A stretch of 64,000 nt of DNA, taken from IMG/VR virus record IMGVR_UViG_3300021354_000450, positions 1-64,000 of that record; one strand, given 5' to 3'. The DNA is from a virus. The position numbers and the translations under genes were made by a program. This document shows positions 56,816-64,000 of the stretch, in pieces (within the stretch, counting starts at the first letter, position 1; each line of letters starts with the position of its first letter). A model generated the notes under the pieces. That model saw nothing but the letters and a program-made list of their open reading frames with translations. It did no database searches and was not told the origin of the DNA.

Positions 56816-59778
56816 TGACAAAACCTATATGGCAAACAACATCAGGGTTCTTAGGAACCCTGTCTGAAAGAATAACAATGTCTATTAATTTAACTGCAAC
56901 AAATGCTAGTTCATATTCAATAATTAGTGGACAATTACCAACTGGACTTTATCTTAACAACTCTACAGGTGTTATTTTAGGAACACCATGTTCTGTTCCA
57001 GTAGATATAGAATCAACTTTTGTTATAAGAGCAACAAATACACAAGGTGTAAGTGATAGAACTTTTAGTTTTGATGTAACCGGTCCAAGTAATCCAGTTT
57101 GGATTACTTCAAGTGGGCTACTGCCTGTTGGTCTAAATGGTGAGTTTTATTCAATTAATAAAGAATATGTTGATTATCAACTTAGAGCAGAAACTGATAT
57201 TTTAAGTAAGGGTAATACTCTTAAATATTATATAGGTGATAATGAAGGAAATTTACCCCCAAATTTAAAATTATCAACTGATGGACGAATTACAGGATAT
57301 ATTAACGATAGTTTAAAAATAGATAAAACAGTTACATTAAATGGAGGTTATGATACAGAATATTATGATGCATTTCCATATGAACACAGCTCAATTAACC
57401 AATCATTAGCTAATTCTTCAACTTATATTAAATCTTATCAAATAAATTATGTTGCAAAAGAACGTCCGGCACGTGTGATCCTTACCGAGTCACACGACAT
57501 AAAAGATAAAGATCAAATTTTTATTCAAAACATTAAAGGTATGACAACTCTTAATGGAAATTTTTATTATTGTAAAGTTATTGATATAAGAAGTATTAGT
57601 CTTTATACTAACGAAGCTCTTTCAACTCCTGTTGATGCTTTAGGATTTACTTCGTATATTTCAGATGGAAAAGTATATTGGGGAAGTACTCAACAACTTC
57701 AACCAGAGGTTATTAACCGAATTTATCAATTTTATGTAACAGTAACTGATGGAATTCAAAGTTCACGTAGATTATTTGACATTAAAGTACTCGATCACGA
57801 AAGTTTAAGAGTTGACACAACATATATGAGTGTTGATGATGCAGATCTTAATGCAAGTGCTGGTTATATATTGGCACCGATATGGCAAAGTAAATATGGT
57901 GAAAAACTTCCAAAAGTACAAAATCTCGGAACAGTTCGTGCAGGAAAACCTCAAATTTTTAGTATATATGACTACGATCCTTACCCGTTAGATGGTCCTG
58001 TACTGTATGATTGGAACACAGTTGGAGTAAATCCAGATATTAAATTGTATGTTGATAGTCAAATTAACCTTGCGCATTTACCAACAAAAAATTTAAAAGG
58101 TCAAAATGCTGTTTATTATAAAAATGCAGAAATTTTACCTGTTAAAGGGATGAAAATTCAATTTAATGAATTTATTCCTAATACAGATTCGACCATTTAC
58201 ACAATAACTGGTGTTATTAAATTAACTGAAACCACAGGTATCCTTAATATTGACCAACCATTATCTCAGCAATTGCCTGATTCGAGAATTTTTTATGTCG
58301 GAACGGTGAATCAACACCCTCCAGGTCTAACCTTAGATCCAATGAATGGTAATTTATATGGTCAATTAATGTATCAACCAGCATTTGCGTTAGGATATCG
58401 ATTTACTGTTAAAGTTATAAAAATTGATCAAGCAACAGGAGATGATACTTTATATAATGCTGTCGGTAGTAACAATGCAAGGATTGTAGGTAAAGTTTAT
58501 ACAGAAACAAACAATTCATTTCCAAGTAATGTTCTTAATGCAGAAACTTATACCGGATCAATTGGAGATATTGTGTTAGTTAGTATGACTCCAGCAGTAA
58601 ATGCTGATTTACTTCTCCCTTTAATGGACGGAACCGTACGAGCTTACGTTTTCACCGGCAATAGTTGGGTTTATCTTGGTGAAACAGTGGCATCAAATCA
58701 AATTTATCTGTTAAATGTGTTAGGTGATGTACAAAGTTCGATTCAATTTGTTAGTACAAGTTCATTAGGAACACTAATTCCAGGTGAAATTAGTGAAATT
58801 GCAATTAAGGCTATAAATCTAAATACAAATTATGCAATTGAATATGAAATAATACAAGGTCAATTACCACAAGGATTGATATTAAATCAAGATGGTACCA
58901 TTCAAGGTAAAATTGTAAACACCGGACAAACTTATTTTGATTTTACTTCAACTTCACATTCATTTGGCTCGTTATCAATCGATGGAGGACAAACTTCAGT
59001 TGATAAAAATTTAAAATTTACTGTACGTGCAAGTGATGTATATAGATTAAGTTCAATTGATAAAGAATTCTTTATTACTGTAAACACTGACACACTAACC
59101 GATTACACAAGAATATATGTGAAACCATTTTTATCAAAAGAACAACGTTTTTCATATTCAACGTTTGTTACTGATCCGATAATTTTTGATCCTGTGTTAA
59201 TATATAGACCAAACGATCCGGAATTTGGTATTCAAAAACAAATTAAAATGTTATTAGAAACCGGTATTGAACAAGTTGATATAAATTTATATGCCGAAGC
59301 AATGCAAGAATATTTTCATCGTAAAAGTTTTTATTTTGGTGAAGTTAAAAGTGTGTTGGCGCAAGATCAACACGGAAATGATATTTACGAAATAATTTAT
59401 GTTGACATTATTGATAATCAAATGATTGGAAATATTGCATCTCCACTATATGCAACATCTGTTGAAAATATGCGATATGCAATTGAATCGATTCAAATAA
59501 CTCCAAATTCAATCATTAGTGTAGATGAAAGATTATATCCAAAATATATGACAACAGTACAACAAGACACTGGTGTTCCGTTAGGGTTCATTAAAGCGGT
59601 TCCTCTTTGTTATACAATTCCTGGCGGGTCAATTAAGATACTTTCAAGAATAAAAAATGCATTAGATACTAACGCATTTGATTTTAAACAATATCATTTT
59701 GATACTGATCGTATTATTATTGAAAATGTTAAAGATACAGAAAAACCTGGGTGGTTAATGAATCCAACCGACCGCTAA
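56815..59778 (+). CDS. Baseplate/structural protein with Ig-like domains
   Basis: PIWQTTSGFLG, SGQLPTGLYL, FVIRAT, DRTFS repeats. Confidence 0.8.
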   Translation: MTKPIWQTTSGFLGTLSERITMSINLTATNASSYSIISGQLPTGLYLNNSTGVILGTPCSVPVDIESTFVIRATNTQGVSDRTFSFDVTGPSNPVWITSSGLLPVGLNGEFYSINKEYVDYQLRAETDILSKGNTLKYYIGDNEGNLPPNLKLSTDGRITGYINDSLKIDKTVTLNGGYDTEYYDAFPYEHSSINQSLANSSTYIKSYQINYVAKERPARVILTESHDIKDKDQIFIQNIKGMTTLNGNFYYCKVIDIRSISLYTNEALSTPVDALGFTSYISDGKVYWGSTQQLQPEVINRIYQFYVTVTDGIQSSRRLFDIKVLDHESLRVDTTYMSVDDADLNASAGYILAPIWQSKYGEKLPKVQNLGTVRAGKPQIFSIYDYDPYPLDGPVLYDWNTVGVNPDIKLYVDSQINLAHLPTKNLKGQNAVYYKNAEILPVKGMKIQFNEFIPNTDSTIYTITGVIKLTETTGILNIDQPLSQQLPDSRIFYVGTVNQHPPGLTLDPMNGNLYGQLMYQPAFALGYRFTVKVIKIDQATGDDTLYNAVGSNNARIVGKVYTETNNSFPSNVLNAETYTGSIGDIVLVSMTPAVNADLLLPLMDGTVRAYVFTGNSWVYLGETVASNQIYLLNVLGDVQSSIQFVSTSSLGTLIPGEISEIAIKAINLNTNYAIEYEIIQGQLPQGLILNQDGTIQGKIVNTGQTYFDFTSTSHSFGSLSIDGGQTSVDKNLKFTVRASDVYRLSSIDKEFFITVNTDTLTDYTRIYVKPFLSKEQRFSYSTFVTDPIIFDPVLIYRPNDPEFGIQKQIKMLLETGIEQVDINLYAEAMQEYFHRKSFYFGEVKSVLAQDQHGNDIYEIIYVDIIDNQMIGNIASPLYATSVENMRYAIESIQITPNSIISVDERLYPKYMTTVQQDTGVPLGFIKAVPLCYTIPGGSIKILSRIKNALDTNAFDFKQYHFDTDRIIIENVKDTEKPGWLMNPTDR

Positions 59779-59807
59779 TAAATATAAGTTTAAGGACAGA
59801 AAAAATT

Positions 59808-61184
59808 ATGGCAAGTAACGTAACTAACTATTCACAAAATATAGACACAAATTTTCCCGTTCAAGGTCAAGATAATCCTAGTCAAGGATTTCGAGATAAT
59901 TTTGCACAAATAAGATTAGCACTTAATACCGCGGCAGAAGAAATTTCAACGGTACAAACACTTCATTCATCATCAAATTATACGTTACTTCCTGCAACAA
60001 ATACAATACTCGGTGGTGTTATTCCTGATAATGCTACAACTTTTGTTGATTCAAATGGAAGGATACGTGCTCAAACATCTTATGTTTTACCTGTAGCAAG
60101 TCCTATAATTTTAGGTGGTGTTAAAATTGGCAGTAACATAACATATAGCTTAGATGGAACAATTAGTGTAGCAAATTTATCAACTGCTACAACAAATATT
60201 CTCGGTGGAGTTAAAATTGGTACAGGTATTTCGATTACTAGTGATGGAACTATTAGTGCAACAACTGCTTCACAATTTACATTAACAACTGCAACAGCAA
60301 GTCAATTAGGTGGGGTAAAGATTGGTACAGGTGTTTCTATTTCACAAGATGGAACTATTAGTGTAACAACTGCTTCACAATTTACATTAACAACTGCAAC
60401 AGCAAGTCAATTAGGTGGGGTAAAGATTGGTACAGGTGTTTCTATTTCACAAGATGGAACTATTTCGGTCACAACAGGAAGTTTTGCTTTACAAACTGCA
60501 ACATCGGTAATATTAGGTGGTGTTAAAATTGGTACAGGTATTTCAATTACTAGTGATGGAACTATTAGTGCAACAACTGCTTCACAATTTACATTAACAA
60601 CTGCAACAATAAATTCACTCGGCGGAGTTAAAATTGGATCAGGTGTTTCTATTTCACAAGATGGAACTATTTCAGTCACAACAGGAAGTTTTACTTTACA
60701 AACTGCAACATCAGTAATATTAGGCGGAGTTAAAATTGGATCAGGTATTTCAATTACTGGTGATGGAACTATTAGTGCATCAGTTAGTAGTTCGTTACCA
60801 TCTCGTGTACAAGTAATCGGAACATCATCATCTATTGCTAGCGGAGCAACTGGAAATTTAACAATTGTCGGATATAAAGGATATGTTTTATATAATGTAG
60901 GAGTTGTATCAGCAGTCGGCGGAGCTTGGGTAAGAATATATAGTGATACTGCTTCAAGAACAGCAGATAGCAGTCGTAGTATGTTAGTTGATCCAACTAC
61001 AACTGGAATTATTGCTGAAATAGTTACTACTAGTAGTAGCACTACAGTACCAGTTACACCAGGTGTAATAGGATTTAATAATGAATCTCCCCCAACTTCA
61101 AATATCGAGTTAGCAATTACAAATAATAATGGTTCAGCTGGTACATTTGCAATAACATTAACTTTATTACCATTGGAATCTTAA
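59808..61184 (+). CDS. Fibre protein with LGGVKIG repeats
   Basis: IDTNFPVQGQDNPSQGFRDNF N-terminus; repeated ATxxxLGGVKIGxGxSIxxDGTIS. Confidence 0.8.
   Translation: MASNVTNYSQNIDTNFPVQGQDNPSQGFRDNFAQIRLALNTAAEEISTVQTLHSSSNYTLLPATNTILGGVIPDNATTFVDSNGRIRAQTSYVLPVASPIILGGVKIGSNITYSLDGTISVANLSTATTNILGGVKIGTGISITSDGTISATTASQFTLTTATASQLGGVKIGTGVSISQDGTISVTTASQFTLTTATASQLGGVKIGTGVSISQDGTISVTTGSFALQTATSVILGGVKIGTGISITSDGTISATTASQFTLTTATINSLGGVKIGSGVSISQDGTISVTTGSFTLQTATSVILGGVKIGSGISITGDGTISASVSSSLPSRVQVIGTSSSIASGATGNLTIVGYKGYVLYNVGVVSAVGGAWVRIYSDTASRTADSSRSMLVDPTTTGIIAEIVTTSSSTTVPVTPGVIGFNNESPPTSNIELAITNNNGSAGTFAITLTLLPLES
60190..60780 (+). repeat. ~117-bp (39-aa) coding tandem repeats
   Basis: Recurring GGTGGAGTTAAAATTGG / GATGGAACTATT units. 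Confidence 0.85.
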
Positions 61185-61185
61185 T

Positions 61186-62856
61186 ATGTCAACTATCGCA
61201 GAATATATCGTTACATTAAAATCTTTTGATGACCTTGATCAATTTTATATTGATATGGAAACAGTTGGAGGAACAACTGAAATTCCAGAACGAGCTGTTT
61301 CAGTTTATCGTCGAAGACCGATTAGCCGAAACACGCATTATTGTTTAACGATCGACGAAGCAAATCGACTGATGCAAGATCCAAGAGTTGAAGGTGTGGA
61401 ATTAGCAGAGTTATTATTAAACTCAATAACTCCATTATGGACACAGACTGGAAATTTTGAGAAATATGCACTAAGCAGCACGGGTAAAAACTGGGGATTG
61501 TATAGATGTATCAATGGACAACAAGTACCAAATTGGGGATGGGAAGGTGTTACCGCAATTAATAATAGTGTAACTTCGGGCCTGAGCGGTAAGAATGTTG
61601 ATGTTTTAATTGTTGATGGTCATTTTGATCCAGCACATCCAGAATTTAGTGTTAACCCAGACGGCACTGGTGGATCTCGTGTGGTACAGTTAGATTGGTA
61701 TACATTAAACTCAGTTGCTGCATCAGTTGATGATGATAATGCAACATTGTTATCAGGTACATATTTGTACACTCCTTATCATTACGGCATCGGAGAAGTA
61801 GCAGATGAAAATAATCACGGTTGCCATGTTGCCGGAATAACTGCAGGTAACTCAAACGGATGGGCAAGAAGTGCAACTATTTACAATATTAACCCATATC
61901 AAAATATTCAACGTACAATGTCAGTATTAACAATGTGGGATTATATTAGAGCATTTCATCGAACAAAATCTAAAAATCCTGCGACAGGAACACGTAATCC
62001 TACAATTTGTAATTGTAGTTATGGATCATCGATTACATTTCCAACTACAGGCCAATCTGGATCTATTACTAAAACAAATTATAGAGGAACAATCCTCGGA
62101 GATGGCACAACTCCGTTGAACGCTGGACAATTACATGCAAGCGGTATATACAGTGGAGTAGTGCCTTACTTTTCAACTTCGATAGCTGCAGATATCCAAC
62201 AAGCAATTGATGATGGTATTATTGTAGTAGCAGCAGCAGGAAATGAATCTTCATTAATTGATACAGTTGGCGGGTTAGATTATAATAATACATTTGAAGC
62301 AACTTATTTCGGAATACCTAGTACATGGTATAGTAATAGAGGAACTACTCCGAGTGCAGCATCTAATGTAATATGCGTAGGATCAATAAATAATTCTGTA
62401 ATCGAACAGAAAGCAAGTTATAGTAACACAGGTCCTCGAATTTCAATTTTTGCACCTGGAACTAAGATTACAAGTTCAATAAATAATTCTTATACGACTT
62501 GGGGGGCCATTAATGATAGAAGAAATAACACATATTTTATAACGTCAATTTCAGGTACTTCAATGGCATCTCCACAAGTGTGCGGGATATTAGCATGTGT
62601 TTTAGAATTATATCCAAGAATGACGCAAGCTGATGCATTAGCATACATTCAAAAATATGCAAAACAAGGACAGATAACATCGACTTCAGGTGGAGTAGGA
62701 GATGTAACTGATATTCTTAATGCAGGTAATCGATATTTGTATTTTAATCAAGAAAGAGGTTCAATAAACACAGTATTTCCAAAAGTTAATAATTTTTTAA
62801 GACCATCTTCTGGTCTTTTGTTTCCAAGAACTTCACGTAATATTAGATTCAAATAA
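61186..62856 (+). CDS. S8 subtilisin-like serine protease
   Basis: VLIVDG, HGCHVAG, AAAGNE, ISGTSMASPQV. Confidence 0.93.
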   Translation: MSTIAEYIVTLKSFDDLDQFYIDMETVGGTTEIPERAVSVYRRRPISRNTHYCLTIDEANRLMQDPRVEGVELAELLLNSITPLWTQTGNFEKYALSSTGKNWGLYRCINGQQVPNWGWEGVTAINNSVTSGLSGKNVDVLIVDGHFDPAHPEFSVNPDGTGGSRVVQLDWYTLNSVAASVDDDNATLLSGTYLYTPYHYGIGEVADENNHGCHVAGITAGNSNGWARSATIYNINPYQNIQRTMSVLTMWDYIRAFHRTKSKNPATGTRNPTICNCSYGSSITFPTTGQSGSITKTNYRGTILGDGTTPLNAGQLHASGIYSGVVPYFSTSIAADIQQAIDDGIIVVAAAGNESSLIDTVGGLDYNNTFEATYFGIPSTWYSNRGTTPSAASNVICVGSINNSVIEQKASYSNTGPRISIFAPGTKITSSINNSYTTWGAINDRRNNTYFITSISGTSMASPQVCGILACVLELYPRMTQADALAYIQKYAKQGQITSTSGGVGDVTDILNAGNRYLYFNQERGSINTVFPKVNNFLRPSSGLLFPRTSRNIRFK

Positions 62857-62897
62857 TAAATCACAATTAAATAATTTTATAAAATAGGTAAATTAAA

Positions 62898-63224
62898 ATG
62901 ACAAGTTCAATAACAAATTATAGTTCAACTATAGATGTGCAATTTCCAGTTCCTGGAGTAGATAATGATACTCAAGGTTTTAGAGATAATTTTGGTAATA
63001 TTAAAAATGCATTAGATGCTGCTTCATCAGAAATATCTGATCTGCAAATCATTCAATCCGCATTAGTTTCATTAGTTTCAACTGAACCTTTATATTCATA
63101 CGGACAACCTGGTGATTTACAAGGTCAGATTTATGCAACAACACAAACTGTTTACATTTGTACCCAATCATATGTAAATACTTCAACAAAAATTTGGGCA
63201 AAAATTAATTGTATTAATTGGTAA
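62898..63224 (+). CDS. Structural protein sharing its N-terminal domain with 59808-61184
   Basis: IDVQFPVPGVDNDTQGFRDNF. Confidence 0.75.
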   Translation: MTSSITNYSSTIDVQFPVPGVDNDTQGFRDNFGNIKNALDAASSEISDLQIIQSALVSLVSTEPLYSYGQPGDLQGQIYATTQTVYICTQSYVNTSTKIWAKINCINW

Positions 63225-63230
63225 CAATAT

Positions 63231-63473
63231 ATGTTTAATCCTTTGATAGAAGATTTTACGCATCTAAAAGATAATGAACTTGATGCTAAAATTACAGATT
63301 TAAATAAAAAATATAGTATTTCTTTAAGAACAGGAAATAGTGCCCTTGCAATGCAAATAGCCATCATCCTCGAATCATTGAAAGAAGAAATTCAAAGACG
63401 TCAATACGAAGCTTCTAAGAAACTCATGCAAAAACAAAATAAAGACCTTGATGGTCTAATCAATGTCGGTTGA
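63231..63473 (+). CDS. Hypothetical protein
   Basis: MFNPLIEDF... coiled coil. Confidence 0.7.
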   Translation: MFNPLIEDFTHLKDNELDAKITDLNKKYSISLRTGNSALAMQIAIILESLKEEIQRRQYEASKKLMQKQNKDLDGLINVG

Positions 63474-63504
63474 TCTTTCTTAAAAAATATGCTATACTTA
63501 GACA

Positions 63505-64000
63505 ATGAAATCAACAGAATTTGGCGAAATTATTTTATCAGAACAGGATATAGTCCAAGGCCTATATTCTGGTAAAATTACAGATTTAAACAATCTAAAT
63601 ATTGACAATCTGAAATTAATTGAACAATTTAATTTTGCACGTAAACAAAATGCAGATGTATTTCAAGATTTAAAAAGTTTTCAAAATTTATATACTTCAG
63701 TTAAATTGTTTGATAAATCAAACCAATCAAATTGGTTCATGCCAGAAGATTATTGTACAAATTTAGTAGAATTTTTATACGATCAATGTACGACCAAAGA
63801 ACAACAAACAAGAGTAGACCAAGAATTAACTTTGTTTATTCAACATAACATGTTTGATCTATTATTTTATCTTAAATACCTAGTTGACACAATGCGAGAA
63901 CATAATGTTGTTTGGGGTGTTGGTCGAGGAAGTAGTGTTGCAAGTTATGTATTATACTTAATCGGAATACATAAAGTTGACAGCATTAAGTATGATTTAG
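63505..64000 (+). CDS. DNA polymerase III alpha (DnaE)-like piece, runs off the window
   Basis: RVDQEL...YLVDTMREHNVVWGVGRGSSVASYVLYLIGIHKVDSIKYDL; no PHP domain upstream. Confidence 0.85.
   Translation, partial: MKSTEFGEIILSEQDIVQGLYSGKITDLNNLNIDNLKLIEQFNFARKQNADVFQDLKSFQNLYTSVKLFDKSNQSNWFMPEDYCTNLVEFLYDQCTTKEQQTRVDQELTLFIQHNMFDLLFYLKYLVDTMREHNVVWGVGRGSSVASYVLYLIGIHKVDSIKYDL

Noticed and set aside
60407-61042. 211-aa minus-strand ORF
   Set aside because: Antisense shadow of the repeat-rich fibre gene.

Overview
AT-rich segment of a jumbo myovirus-like bacteriophage genome, not a cell. It has dense genes, sigma70-type early promoters, TAAATA late promoters, giant tail/baseplate proteins and a short DnaE-like gene. 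Left to right: (1) a chaperone/proteolysis block (dnaK end, groEL, hsp20 with a ROSE-like leader, clpS) plus heme oxygenase and a ferredoxin-dependent bilin reductase; (2) a curli-like module (CsgF, CsgG, two curlin-repeat proteins, FecR, lipoprotein, CHASE2 adenylate cyclase) facing small membrane proteins; (3) a higher-GC glycan island with a probable branched-chain 3,6-dideoxysugar pathway; (4) about 24 tRNA or tRNA-like genes mixed with structured RNAs, two endonuclease genes, FeoA and an Lpp-like lipoprotein, with an RNA-repair trio (phosphoesterase, Rnl1 ligase, kinase) inside the array; (5) small early genes, clpP, queD, uvsE and sufC/sufD-like genes; (6) tail/baseplate genes with repeat expansions and an S8 protease. 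The most striking unannotated element lies at the head of the tRNA array. A perfect sigma70 promoter drives a 48-codon leader ORF (25493-25639) that uses all 20 amino acids and 34 different codons. Its 3' end forms an antiterminator that is mutually exclusive with a Rho-independent terminator. This is the layout of a pan-codon translation-sensing attenuator that would switch on phage tRNA transcription when host tRNAs are depleted or cleaved. All calls are by eye; no searches or folding programs were run.
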